From the NCBI GenBank assembly GCA_965206645.1, contig CBDBKE010000003.1, positions 608,001 to 672,000 of the forward strand: a stretch of 64,000 bases of DNA, in the 5' to 3' direction. Source of the stretch: Terriglobia bacterium. Its GTDB lineage: Bacteria; Acidobacteriota; Terriglobia; JAJPHL01; JAPKYU01. A program made the position numbers and the translations under genes. This document shows, piece after piece, positions 41,537 through 51,823 of the stretch. Position 1 is the stretch's first letter. The number at the start of each line of letters is the position of its first letter. The notes beneath the pieces are model-generated. The model saw only the letters and a program-made list of their open reading frames with translations. It was not told the DNA's origin and searched no databases.

Positions 41537-43122
41537 AGAAAGCCGCCTCCCACGTCAGCCACCATCTCTGCCGGCGCCACATCAGCCAAGATGAAGGGCT
41601 GATCTTTGAGCGCTCCTCGCCGGGCAAGCACGCCTGGCAGTTGCCGGCGCTGGAGGTGCCGGAGGTGGATCCGGTCGCGATGCTGGGTCAGGCCAATGTG
41701 CGGGCCGAAATTGCCGACTTCCCCGAGGTCAGCGAGGTGGAACTGGTGCGCCACTTCACTCGCCTCTCAAGCTGGAACTACGGGGTGGAAACGGGACTCT
41801 ACCCGCTGGGTTCCTGCACCATGAAGTACAACCCGAAGGTCAATGAAGTGGTGGCGCGTCTGGAAGGTCTTGCTGACCAGCACCCCTATCAGCCCGATGA
41901 GCTGGCCCAGGGCTGCTTGAAGATCCTGCGGCAGCTCTCCACTTACCTGCTGGAAATCACCGGTATGGATGCGGTGACGTTGCAGCCGGCTGCCGGCGCC
42001 CAGGGCGAGCTGACGGGCATCCTGCTGGTGCGCGCCTATCTTGAAGCGCAGGGGAACCCACGAAAGAAAATCCTGATCCCGGATTCGGCGCACGGAACCA
42101 ATCCGGCGACGGCATCGATAGCCGGGTACACGGTCGAGAACGTCCGCTCCAACGGTGACGGCCGCGTGGATCTGGAAGCGCTCGAGAAAGCTGTCACCGA
42201 ACAGGTTGCGGCGCTGATGATCACCAACCCCAACACGCTGGGGATTTTTGAACAGCAGATCGCCTCCATTGCTGATCTGCTGCATGCCCGGGGCGCCCAG
42301 CTCTACATGGACGGCGCCAACATGAATGCTCTGCTGGGCAAGACCCGTCCTGGCGACTTCGGGGTGGACGTGATGCACCTGAACCTGCACAAGACCTTTT
42401 CCACCCCGCACGGCGGCGGCGGTCCCGGGGCCGGCCCGGTTTGCGTGAAGAAACACCTGGAGCCGTACCTGCCGGTGCCGGTTCTGGAAGAAGGGCCGCA
42501 TGGCCGGCTGCGCCTGAACCACCAGCGGCCCAACTCCATTGGGCGGGTGCGCGCCTTCGCGGGCAACTTTGGCGTGCTGGTGCGCGCCCTGGCTTATGTT
42601 CTGGCGCACGGCGGCAACGGCCTCAGGGCGGTAGCTGAAGACGCCGTGCTCAACGCCAACTACATCCGCAGGCACCTGGAGGACGTTTACGAGCTGACGT
42701 ACCGCCAGGCGTCGCTCCACGAGTGCGTCTTCAGCGACCGGCTCCAGGCGCGCCACGGCGTGCGTACCGGCGACATCGCCAAGCGCCTCATTGATTACGG
42801 CTTTCACCCCTACACCGTCAGCTTCCCGCTGATCGTTCAGGGCGCGCTGATGATCGAGCCGACGGAAACCGAGAGCAAGCAGGAGCTGGATTTCTTCATT
42901 GAGGCGATGCGCGCGATCGCCCGTGAGGCGGAAGAAGAACCGGAGACGGTGCGCAACGCGCCGCACGCTACCCGGGTGGGCCGCCTGGACGAAGTGGCGG
43001 CCGCGCGCCGGCCCATCCTGCGCTGGAAACCGCAGCTGCCCGTCGCCCAGAGCCCCGTGACCGAGCCCGACGCCACCGAACAGCAACAGCCGGAGGAATT
43101 GACCGCAAGAAAATCTCCCTAG
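41533..43122 (+). CDS. gcvPB: Glycine dehydrogenase subunit 2
   Basis: YPLGSCTMKYNP, PDSAHGTNPA, LNLHKTFSTPHGGGGPG, MIEPTETE. Confidence 0.97.
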   Translation: MKKAASHVSHHLCRRHISQDEGLIFERSSPGKHAWQLPALEVPEVDPVAMLGQANVRAEIADFPEVSEVELVRHFTRLSSWNYGVETGLYPLGSCTMKYNPKVNEVVARLEGLADQHPYQPDELAQGCLKILRQLSTYLLEITGMDAVTLQPAAGAQGELTGILLVRAYLEAQGNPRKKILIPDSAHGTNPATASIAGYTVENVRSNGDGRVDLEALEKAVTEQVAALMITNPNTLGIFEQQIASIADLLHARGAQLYMDGANMNALLGKTRPGDFGVDVMHLNLHKTFSTPHGGGGPGAGPVCVKKHLEPYLPVPVLEEGPHGRLRLNHQRPNSIGRVRAFAGNFGVLVRALAYVLAHGGNGLRAVAEDAVLNANYIRRHLEDVYELTYRQASLHECVFSDRLQARHGVRTGDIAKRLIDYGFHPYTVSFPLIVQGALMIEPTETESKQELDFFIEAMRAIAREAEEEPETVRNAPHATRVGRLDEVAAARRPILRWKPQLPVAQSPVTEPDATEQQQPEELTARKSP

Positions 43123-43171
43123 CCCGCAGTCTTCTAGTGTCGCGCCCCAGAAATTCGCTACAAAAGTTCAT

Positions 43172-43241
43172 GACCACTCGCTCACGCTCGTGGCTCGGAA
43201 GCGCGTTGGAAATACAGAGCCGCGCGCGTCAGCAAGCGGTC
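43172..43241. repeat. REP doublet (inverted 25-mers)
   Basis: gaccactcgctcacgctcgtggctc ... gagccgcgcgcgtcagcaagcggtc. Confidence 0.7.
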
Positions 43242-43481
43242 CCACAAGCACACAAACATAGGCAACGTTCTTCCGGGACATAACACCAGCAGCTTTGTTT
43301 TTCATCTCGCAAAATGCCGCGCGGGAGGCGCTGAAACCAAGTAAACTGAAAAAAGAACCTGGAATTTCAGGCTTTGGGCAGGCGGCTTCTGGTGGGAGCA
43401 ATGCCGAGGCGGTCAAGCCCGGCTTGGCAGAAGATTTCGACGGCACGCAGCATTGTTGCGAAATCGGGCTGCAAGATCGGC

Positions 43482-46418
43482 ATGAACAAACTGGGACAAT
43501 CAACAATCCTTCCGATTTGCCTGGTCCTGGCAGCCATCTTGATTGCCCAGAACCCGCCGGTGCAACCCCCGGGCTCGGCCGATTCGGCGCAGGGCGAGAC
43601 GCCTGCGGCCTCGGCTCCCAAGCGCGCCGGAACCACGGATGCAGCACGGCTGGAAGCAGTGGAGGAGTTGTCCGAATCTTTGGCCAACGACCTATTGGAT
43701 CTGTCGCTCGCCGTGCGGGATCGGGAGGCGGAGCGAGTGGCCGAGTACGTTCCAGCCCAGTTGTCGGCTACCGCCTTCTGGTCCACTCCGCTGCCGGTTA
43801 TGAAGGAAGTGAGATGGGTCGCCAGGCACGGATGGACGGCGGATGATCACAGTTCCGGGCACTCCTCGCAACGCAGCGCGCGCTCCCGCGCGGTGAAACA
43901 CCGCATGCCCAGGGAGGAGTTCTTGGGGGCGTTGTTCGCCTTCCTGGATCACTTCCAGGAGATCGAAGACGCGCGCTTCAAGGTGTCGGGAGCCCAATTC
44001 GCTGATTCGGCTGATGTCGAGATGGAGGCGAATGTTCCCACCGCCAAAGTGGGTTCCGAAGGAACAGCACGCCTGAAGTTTTACCTGGTGGGCCGCGACA
44101 CTGACGGGCAGCGCGAGTGGACGCGGGGAGCGGCCGGGGTCGCGGTCCGTCGGGCGGCCAACGGGCGTTGGCAGTTTGAATCGTTCGAACTGCTGAGCCT
44201 GGATTCCATGCTGGCCACCACCGATCTGTTCTCGGAAGTCTCCGTGCCGGTCGGCGTGGCCGCCAGCCTGCCTTCTTTTGCGGAGCGGGGAGGACCCAGC
44301 TTCGCCTGGTACGGGGCGGCGGCCGGGGATTTCAATCTTGACGGCTGGATCGATCTGTTCGTGACCTCGCCGGATCGCAATTATCTTTACTTGAACGACG
44401 CACAGGGCCGGTTCCGTGACGCCTCCCTGGAAGCGGGCGTGGAGCTGCTCGACCGCGGGGTGGCGCCCCTGGTTCTCGATTACGACAATGACGGCGATTC
44501 CGACGTGTTCCTCTCCTCGGTTGGGCACCAGATGCTTTTGGAGAACCGGCAGGTGCCGGACGGGAAGCTGGAACTTCGCGATGTTTCCTGGAAAGCCGGG
44601 GTGGGCCGGCAGGCGATAGGGTTCAGCGCCGTGGCTGGGGACGTGAACGGCGACGGGTATACCGACATCTACGTTGCCTGCTACAACCACTTCGGCCGGG
44701 TGACGCCGGATTCCTGGTACCGGGCCACCAATGGCACGCCGAACTTGCTGTACATCAATCAGGGCGATGGCACCTTCCGCGAGGAAGCGGCCCGCTGGGG
44801 CGTGGATGACCGGCGCTGGAGTTACGCAGCCGCCTTCGCTGACGTCAACAGGGACGGGCGCCTGGACCTGTACGTGGCCAACGACTTTGGCGAAAACGCC
44901 CTGTTCATCCACCACGGAGACAAGTTCGTGAATGAGGCGCGGGAGCGCGGCGTTGTGGACCCCGGCAACGGCATGGGCGTCTCCTTCGGCGATTACGACA
45001 ACGACGGAGAGCTCGATCTGCACGTCACCAACATGTCCTCGACCGCAGGCAACCGCATCGTGTCGCGGCTGTTTCCCGGCGCTGGCGCCGGGAACAACGT
45101 GTACCGGAAGCTGGCCTCCGGCAACAACCTGTATCGGAATGCCGGCAACGGCTACTACCGGGACGTGACCGCCGAGAGCGCTGGCTTCTCCGGCGGATGG
45201 GCCTGGGGGGGGGGGTTCCTCGACTTCGATAACGATGGCTGGGAGGATCTGCTGACCCCCAATGGGTTCCTCTCCGGCAGTTCCATGAAGGACACCTGAA
45301 GTCAGTTCTGGCGTCAGGTCGTGGCGCAAGACAAGAATCCGAAACAGGGGCAGGGCGCGCTCCGTGCCGACCAAATGCGCCTGATCGCCCAACAGGGATT
45401 CTCATTTAGCGGGTACGAACGCGATCTGCTCTCCCTGAACCTGGGCACGGGCAAGTATTTGGACGTCTCCGGAATCTCTGGAATTGACTCGATTAGCGAT
45501 GGCCGCGCGGCGGTGTTTGCCGATTTCGATAACGACGGCGATCTGGACGTGTTTCTAACCACCATCCAAGGGGAAGCACACCTGCTGTTTCGCAACAATA
45601 TCGGGCAGGCGAATAACTTCCTGCGGATCGTGTTGGAAGGCAGCCGGGAGCTGGGCCGCGACGCCTATGGGGCTGTGGTCCGCCTGCGGACCTCAGCCGG
45701 GACGATGACCAAGATCAAAAGCGGCGGCTCAGGCTTCATCGCGCAGCATGACCCGCGCCTGCTATTCGGGCTGGGGTCGGAGGAGCGTGCCGAATGGATC
45801 GAGGTGTCCTGGCCCAATGGGGAAGTCGAGCGATTCCAGGCCGACGCCCGGGCCGGCTCGACGCTGCTGCTGCGCGCCGGAGCCGGGCGCGCCGAAGTGC
45901 TCGCGCTCGGCCGCGCCCAACTGCCTGATCCGCTCACCCGCGCGGAAACCTTTGCCCGCAAGCTGAAGATCAGCGTGGGCAAACCCATGCCCGATCTGGC
46001 TCTGAAAACCTTGGACGGAGAGGCAACTTCCCTCTACAAGCAGCTCCGCCCGGGCCGCCGGGCGCTCATCAATGTCTGGGCCACCTGGTGCGCGCCCTGC
46101 ATCCTGGAGATGCCGGAGCTGGAAAAACTCCGGCCGCAGCTTTCGGCCAGCGGGGTCGACTTGATCGGCCTCAACGTGGATACCGAACCCGACGCCGACA
46201 TCGGCCGGTTTGTAGCCGACACCGGCATCAGCTATCCGATCTATATCGGTGGGATTCCGGCTGTCGAACAGTTGTATGCTTCCGATGAACTCTCCGTGCC
46301 GTTGTCGGTTCTGCTGGACGAGAACGGCGCCGTAGCCGAAGTGATTCCCGGCTGGTCCGAGGAAACCCGCCGCCGCTTCTCTGCGCTGGCCGGCAACCAA
46401 GCCAGCGACGGGACGTAA
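43482..46418 (+). CDS. FG-GAP/ASPIC-UnbV (CRTAC1-like) plus TlpA thioredoxin fusion with one in-frame UGA (candidate selenoprotein, 978 aa if read through)
   Basis: ORFs 43374-45299 and 45321-46418 share a frame; repeated D-x-D/N-x-DG-x-x-D motifs continue on both sides; C-terminal NVWATWCAPC. Confidence 0.75.
45307..45331 (+). promoter_or_regulatory. Bacterial SECIS-like hairpin
   Basis: UCU-G-GCGUCA [GGUCG] UGGCGC-A-AGA; loop begins after 17 nt from the UGA. Confidence 0.55.
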
Positions 46419-46449
46419 CCTCTCTCTTGCCTCCCCGGTAAAAAAGAAC

Positions 46450-46484
46450 TTGACAAGCTGGATCACAATATGTATATACATCTA
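46450..46484 (+). promoter_or_regulatory. Promoter with palindromic MarR-type operator
   Basis: TTGACA at 46450-55; perfect palindrome ATGTATATACAT (46470-81) over the -10 region. Confidence 0.65.
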
Positions 46485-46487
46485 ACT

Positions 46488-46955
46488 ATGGCTGCCGAGA
46501 CGGTAAGGGAACGGCAGAAGGGCCTGCCAGGGCTGCTGCCGCTGCCCTGCGCCTGCGCCAACCTGCGCCGGGCCGCGCGGGCTGTGACGCAGCTTTATGC
46601 CGAGGAGTTTCGACCCATCGGACTGGAGCCGACGCAGTTCACCTCGCTGATGGCGCTGGAGACCTGGGGGGAACTCACCCAGGGCCAACTGGCCGAGAGA
46701 CTGGCCATTGACAGCACCACGCTGACCCGTACGCTAGCCCCTTTGCGCCGCCGCGGTTGGATCCAGGCCAGGCCCGGCCCGGACCAGCGCGAGCGCCGCT
46801 TGCGGCTGACACCAGCCGGCCGCCGACAGCTTGCACGTGTCCGCCCATATTGGGAACGGGCGCAGCGGCGCCTGCGCCGAACCCTGGGCGAAGACGGCTG
46901 GAACCGGCTGCAAGCCGGTTTGGTCGACGTGACACGAGCAGTGCAGAGGGCATGA
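46488..46955 (+). CDS. MarR family transcriptional regulator (CAC..LRRAAR type)
   Basis: CACANLRRAARAVTQLY, TQF, LA..L.ID.TTLTR.L, D.R.R...LT..G. Confidence 0.93.
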   Translation: MAAETVRERQKGLPGLLPLPCACANLRRAARAVTQLYAEEFRPIGLEPTQFTSLMALETWGELTQGQLAERLAIDSTTLTRTLAPLRRRGWIQARPGPDQRERRLRLTPAGRRQLARVRPYWERAQRRLRRTLGEDGWNRLQAGLVDVTRAVQRA

Positions 46956-46970
46956 TTTTTTTGCGACATA

Positions 46971-46986
46971 TAGATGTATGCGCATC
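46971..46986 (+). promoter_or_regulatory. Second operator-like site before the Fe-S/SCP2 gene
   Basis: TAGATGTATGCGCATC versus rc of first site TAGATGTATATACAT. Confidence 0.5.
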
Positions 46987-47005
46987 CTATTTCCGAGAGG
47001 CAACG

Positions 47006-48346
47006 ATGCAACTAGCCGAACATCCGACAGTGAAGCAGTTCCAGAAAAACCAGGCGGCAGGTGTGCTGCCGACTCGCCCGGCGAAGATCGAAGCAGCGTG
47101 GCTGCAGGGGCTCTGCCAGGAGGCCGGCGCCGAGGAGGTGGGTTTTGTCGAGCTCGATCGAGAGAAAATCGCGGATCAGCGAGACGATATTCGGGCCGCC
47201 TTTCCCCGCGCCAGGACGCTGATCAGTTTTGTTCTGCGAATGAACCGGGAGAATGTGCGGAGCCCGGCTCGCTCGATTGCCAACCTGGAGTTCCACCATA
47301 CGGGCGACGAGGTGAACGAAGTTGCCCGGCGGATCGTGGCGGCGCTGGAGCGGGAAGGGGTGCGTGCAATGAACGGGGCGATGGGTTTTCCCATGGAAAT
47401 GGACCGCTGGCCCGGCAAGCTCTGGGTGGTGTCGCACAAGCCGGTGGCGGTGGCCGCCGGTTTAGGCCGGATGGGGATTCACCGTAACGTGATTCACCCC
47501 AAGTTCGGCAATTTCATTCTGCTGGGCACGGTGGTCACCGATGCGGAGGTGAGCGAGTACTCCCGGCCCATCGACTACAACCCCTGCCTGGAATGCAAGC
47601 TGTGTGTTTCGGCCTGCCCGACCGGGGCGATCGGTCCCGACGGGCATTTCAACTTCGCGGCCTGCTATACGCACAACTATCGGGAGTTCATGGGCGGATT
47701 CACCGACTGGGTGGAAAACGTCGCCGACAGCAAGAACGCCCAGCAGTACCGAGAGAAGGTCAGCGACCCGGAAACCGTCTCGCTGTGGCAGAGTCTGGGG
47801 TTCGGGCCCAACTACAAGGCCGCCTACTGTCTCTCGGTCTGTCCTGCCGGCGAAGATGTGATTGCACCGTTTCTCACCGAGCGGAAGCAGTTCCTCGAGG
47901 ACGTCGTGAAACCTCTGCAGAGCAAGCCAGAAACGGTCTACGTACGACCCGGTTCCGATGCCGTGGCGTACGTGCAGCGACGTTTTCCTCACAAGAAACT
48001 CAAGGCAGTGGGCAACGGCCTGCGGCCTCTGTCCATCGCGCAGTTCCTGGACGGACTGGGCTTCACCTTCGAGCGGGGTCAGTCGGAAGGCCTCGATGCC
48101 ACCTATCACTTCACCTTCACCGGTGAGGAGGAGCGCAAGGCCACAGTGACCATTCGCCACAAGACGCTGCGCGTCGAGGACGGGCACGTGGGAAAAGCGG
48201 ACCTCCGTCTTCAGGCTGACAGTCGCACCTGGCTCGGGTTTCTCGCCAAAGAGCGGAACCTGGTGTGGGCTTTGCTCAGCCGCAAGATTCGGCTCAAAGG
48301 GTCACCACGACTGTTGGTAGCATTCGGGAAGTGCTTCCCTTCTTAG
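47006..48346 (+). CDS. QueG/reductive-dehalogenase-like 4Fe-4S protein with C-terminal SCP2 domain
   Basis: VSHKPVAVAAGLG.MG.H.NVIHPKFG.F..LG, CLECKLCVSACPTGAI, YCLSVCP; tail TYHFTFTG...ALLSRKIRLKG. Confidence 0.85.
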   Translation: MQLAEHPTVKQFQKNQAAGVLPTRPAKIEAAWLQGLCQEAGAEEVGFVELDREKIADQRDDIRAAFPRARTLISFVLRMNRENVRSPARSIANLEFHHTGDEVNEVARRIVAALEREGVRAMNGAMGFPMEMDRWPGKLWVVSHKPVAVAAGLGRMGIHRNVIHPKFGNFILLGTVVTDAEVSEYSRPIDYNPCLECKLCVSACPTGAIGPDGHFNFAACYTHNYREFMGGFTDWVENVADSKNAQQYREKVSDPETVSLWQSLGFGPNYKAAYCLSVCPAGEDVIAPFLTERKQFLEDVVKPLQSKPETVYVRPGSDAVAYVQRRFPHKKLKAVGNGLRPLSIAQFLDGLGFTFERGQSEGLDATYHFTFTGEEERKATVTIRHKTLRVEDGHVGKADLRLQADSRTWLGFLAKERNLVWALLSRKIRLKGSPRLLVAFGKCFPS

Positions 48347-48423
48347 CAAGCCGGAGAGGGGCAAGCAGGATCAGGTAGCCGAAAGGGAGAGCGGGAACGT
48401 CTGAACGATGAAAGGAGTTCGCT

Positions 48424-48828
48424 ATGGAGTCGGAACCGCGGGCGATGGGCAAAACGAGGGCGAGCCTCTTCTACCTCGTCGGGTATCTGACCGTTGGAGG
48501 CATCGCGCTGCTGATTGCCCCACAAAAAGCGATGGACCTGTTGCTCGCGACCGGCTCCTACGCCGACTTGATGCTCCGCATCATGGGGACGTTCATGCTC
48601 GCCCTTGCCGTGATTGTTACGCAGATTATTCGTACTCGCGCCAGCCAGCTGTATAGTACGACGCTGATCGTCCGATGCCTGATCCTGACGATGTTTGTCG
48701 CCTTCTATTTGACCTACCGCGACCCGTTCCTGCTGGTCTTGACCGCGATCGTTGGATTGGGGCTTGCTTTCACTTCCACGGCTTTCATCGTCGACCGCAG
48801 AAAGACCGCGCACAAGGTGGCTCAATAG
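48424..48828 (+). CDS. Hypothetical four-TM membrane protein
   Basis: Four hydrophobic segments; AAGGAG RBS. Confidence 0.7.
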   Translation: MESEPRAMGKTRASLFYLVGYLTVGGIALLIAPQKAMDLLLATGSYADLMLRIMGTFMLALAVIVTQIIRTRASQLYSTTLIVRCLILTMFVAFYLTYRDPFLLVLTAIVGLGLAFTSTAFIVDRRKTAHKVAQ

Positions 48829-49366
48829 CTGATCGAGGCGGTCCGAAAGCAGCAGCCAGATGAGGCCCATCTAGTACAGGTGGTTGCCTGGGCCAGTTTC
48901 GCCGCGACGCGCCGCATTTCCCAGTGGCTGCATTCGCCCGGCGCCTAGCAGCTCAAGAACCGTATTGCAAGTTCTGGGAAGGGCTGGTGGTGGGTCAGTT
49001 TCCGGAAAGGGCGTTATACGTCCAAGTGGCGCACTGCTGAGCGGGTGGGAGGTATAATTGCTCGCGGATCAGCGTTTTGTTAGAGTTTGTTATTATGTTC
49101 CACAGTTATTACTACATTTCCCTTTTTGTGCCCTTTATCGACATACTGGTGAGCCTCGGCAGTCTGTTCCAACGGATAGAATCTATCTATGACTGGTTTT
49201 ATCTTTCCCGCCTCAGCAAGCTCTTTGAGAAAGATTAGATCTTTGGTCTTTTCGCCTGCTGGCCTCAAACCTGTGAACGTAATCATTGCCCTTTTGCTGC
49301 CGATCTTTGAAGTCCATAACATTTGAAATAGAATTGCCAGGGTGAGGACAGTTGAAAGATAGACCC

Positions 49367-50595
49367 GGTGGTCTCAACCCATCGACGCAACACTTTGCCT
49401 TGAAAGGAGGAGGTGGAGTGTATGCGGATGAAGCAAAGAGCTCGTCGCGGTTACACGCTGGCGGAACTGGAGGAGGTGTGGGATCGGTGGAAACGAGGGG
49501 AGTCGCTCAAGTCGATTGGACGAGTGTTTTGTAAGCAGCCATCGTCTGTTTACCATCAGCTTGCTCCGTACGGAGGCATCCGTCCTCGGCCACCACGCCG
49601 TTCATGTTGGGCACTGACGTTGTCGGAGCGCGAAGAGATCTCTCGAGGCATTGCGGCACATCAATCGATACGATCCATCGCCGGGTTGCTGGGTCGCTCA
49701 CCATCGACGGTGAGCCGGGAGATTCGGCGGAATGGCGGCGATAATGACTATCGAGCAGCGGAGGCCGATGAGCAAGCCGGGGAGAGGGCCCGCCGGCCGA
49801 AGCGGTGTCAGCTGGTCAAGCATCCACAACTACGACGGGTAGTGGCCAGAAAGCTCAGCATAAACTGGTCGCCTGAGCAGATCGCCAGCTGGCTGAAACG
49901 AGCCTATCCGAAGGATCCGTCCTATCACGTGTCTCACGAGACCATCTACCGCAGCCTGTTTGTTCAAGCCCGCGGTGCGCTGAAGGCAGAGCTGATGCAG
50001 CATCTGCGGTCAAAGCGGACGATTCGTCGATCCCGACATGCAAGTCTGAGAGGCCATGGACGAGGACAGATCACCGACATCGTATCGATCCGTGAGCGCC
50101 CGGCCTCGGTCGAAGATCGTGCCGTGCCCGGTCATTGGGAAGGCGATCTGCTGTCCGGATCGAAGAACAGCCACATTGCGACTCTGGTCGAACGTCATAC
50201 GCGCTACGTGATGCTTACGAAAGTATCCAGCAAGAAAACGGAGACGGTCGTGTCGGCGCTCATCAAGCACGCGAAGAAGCTGCCGACGGAACTGTACAAA
50301 TCTCTGACTTGGGATCGAGGCCTGGAGCTCGCCGAGCATCGACGGTTCACGTTGGCGACCGACATTGACGTATACTTCTGTGATCCTCAGAGTCCATGGC
50401 AGCGCGGTTCGAATGAGAACACCAACGGTCTACTTCGACAGTACTTCCCCAAGGGAACGGACTTGTCGGTGCACTCTCAGGCGCATCTGAACAAGGTGGC
50501 ACGTCAGCTGAACGAACGGCCCCGTCAGACGCTGGAGTTTGAAACTCCGGCAGAACGATTTAACGCTTGTGTTGCATCGACCGGTTGAGCTGGCA
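49367..50595 (+). mobile_element. IS30-family insertion sequence, about 1229 bp, 2-bp duplication CC
   Basis: Ends GGTGGTCTCAACCCATCGACGCAACAC and rc TGCCAGCTCAACCGGTCGATGCAACAC; host frame restored with a 2-bp DR. Confidence 0.9.
49422..50588 (+). CDS. IS30 transposase
   Basis: LGRSPSTVSREIRRN, WSPEQI, SHETIY, GHWEGD, TWDRG.E, PWQRGSNENTNGLLRQYFPKG. Confidence 0.96.
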   Translation: MRMKQRARRGYTLAELEEVWDRWKRGESLKSIGRVFCKQPSSVYHQLAPYGGIRPRPPRRSCWALTLSEREEISRGIAAHQSIRSIAGLLGRSPSTVSREIRRNGGDNDYRAAEADEQAGERARRPKRCQLVKHPQLRRVVARKLSINWSPEQIASWLKRAYPKDPSYHVSHETIYRSLFVQARGALKAELMQHLRSKRTIRRSRHASLRGHGRGQITDIVSIRERPASVEDRAVPGHWEGDLLSGSKNSHIATLVERHTRYVMLTKVSSKKTETVVSALIKHAKKLPTELYKSLTWDRGLELAEHRRFTLATDIDVYFCDPQSPWQRGSNENTNGLLRQYFPKGTDLSVHSQAHLNKVARQLNERPRQTLEFETPAERFNACVASTG

Positions 50596-51044
50596 CCCTC
50601 TTTGCTTTAGCGAGCCTTTACAACGTGAAAATGAACTCTTGCCTACTGCGTCACAAATGATGTCATAGGTTTCACCGCTTTGGGCAAAATCCTCTTTAGT
50701 GTAATCAATGACCTTATCGGCTCCCAGAGACTTCACCAATTCCACATTCGTGGTATTGCATACCCCGGTGACTTCCGCCCCGAAGTGCTTAGCAAGCTGC
50801 ACGGCAGAAGTACCTACCGATCCAGAAGCGCCATTGATTAGGACTTTTTGTCCGCGCCGAATCTTCCCGGTATCTCTTAGGAAAGGCAGTGATGTTAATC
50901 CTCCACCACAGACGCTCGCGGCTTCACCGTAGGTCATATTGGCCGGCTTCAATGCCAGCGCCCCCTCTTCAAGCAGACATACGTACTCGGCATGAGCGCC
51001 AAAAGTGGCAGCGCTAGCTGCAAACACCTGGTCACCTTCTTTAA

Positions 51045-51823
51045 TCTCTTTTCCCATTCTTTGCTGGCGCTCAATCTCGGGCAACAGGAGTTTCTCCCAA
51101 CCCTCGGCACTGTGCACGTTGCCCGGACGGAGCTGGGCCGCCAGACAGTCGCCGTCTCGATTGAACAAAAGCAGCGGGTGATAGCAAGTGGACTCAAAGT
51201 GTCCGTTGTAGGCGCTCTGTTCCTGCTCCCCGTAGACCGGAATCTCGGTTGAGTCCATATCCAGCACCGCTCGGTAGTGCCACTGGAAGGCTTCGACCTT
51301 TCCGATCAGTTCCCGGTTGATCCGGGCTAACCCGACGAAGTTCTCCACCTTCGCCAGCATCTCCGTCTCGAAAGTTTGCAACCTGGAGGTCAGCGCCGCG
51401 CCTCGTTCCCAAGTCTTCTCTGAACCAATCGGCCGAAAGGTCGGGTCTTGCGACAGCCGCTCGGCATCATTGACATCCTCGTATCCAGCTAGGCAACTGT
51501 AGACCGACTGCCGCAGCAAGTCCGCGAAAGCAAACCGAGCATTGTTTGCCCGCGAATCGGTCAGGTGCGCGTCAATGAGTTCGCTGAATCCCAGACGCTC
51601 ATCCAACTCCCGGACCAGAATCAGTCCGCCATTGGAAGTCACTCGTGATCCCTGAAACCCGACTCGCAGAAATTGGTTGAACGACAGCTGGAATCCCTGT
51701 TTTCCGCTCTCACCCATTGGGTTTACGCCTCCGAACGCTCCGATTGATGCTGCAACCAGTATCAATATTGACGTTGGAGGTTAGCTGAAGGTTGCCGCTG
51801 CGTTTTCAAAAAGGAAATCCGGG
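51045..51823 (-). mobile_element. 5' fragment of an IS1380-family element bounded by a 5-bp TTAAA duplication
   Basis: Starts CCCGGATTTCC; transposase N-terminus from 51717 (VTSNGGL..RELDERLG, GYEDVNDA..L..DP, LDMDST, YHPL, LRPGNVHSA) stops mid-protein. Confidence 0.85.

Noticed and set aside
49009-49072. Third attI-like copy (gcgttatacg...gcggatcagc)
   Set aside because: Only fragments match and spacing differs; the nearby GTTAGAG is better read as the attC start of the oxidoreductase cassette.
50560-51765. 401-aa ORF as a genuine gene
   Set aside because: Chimera of IS1380 transposase N-terminus, oxidoreductase middle and IS30 end; reported as an insertion product.
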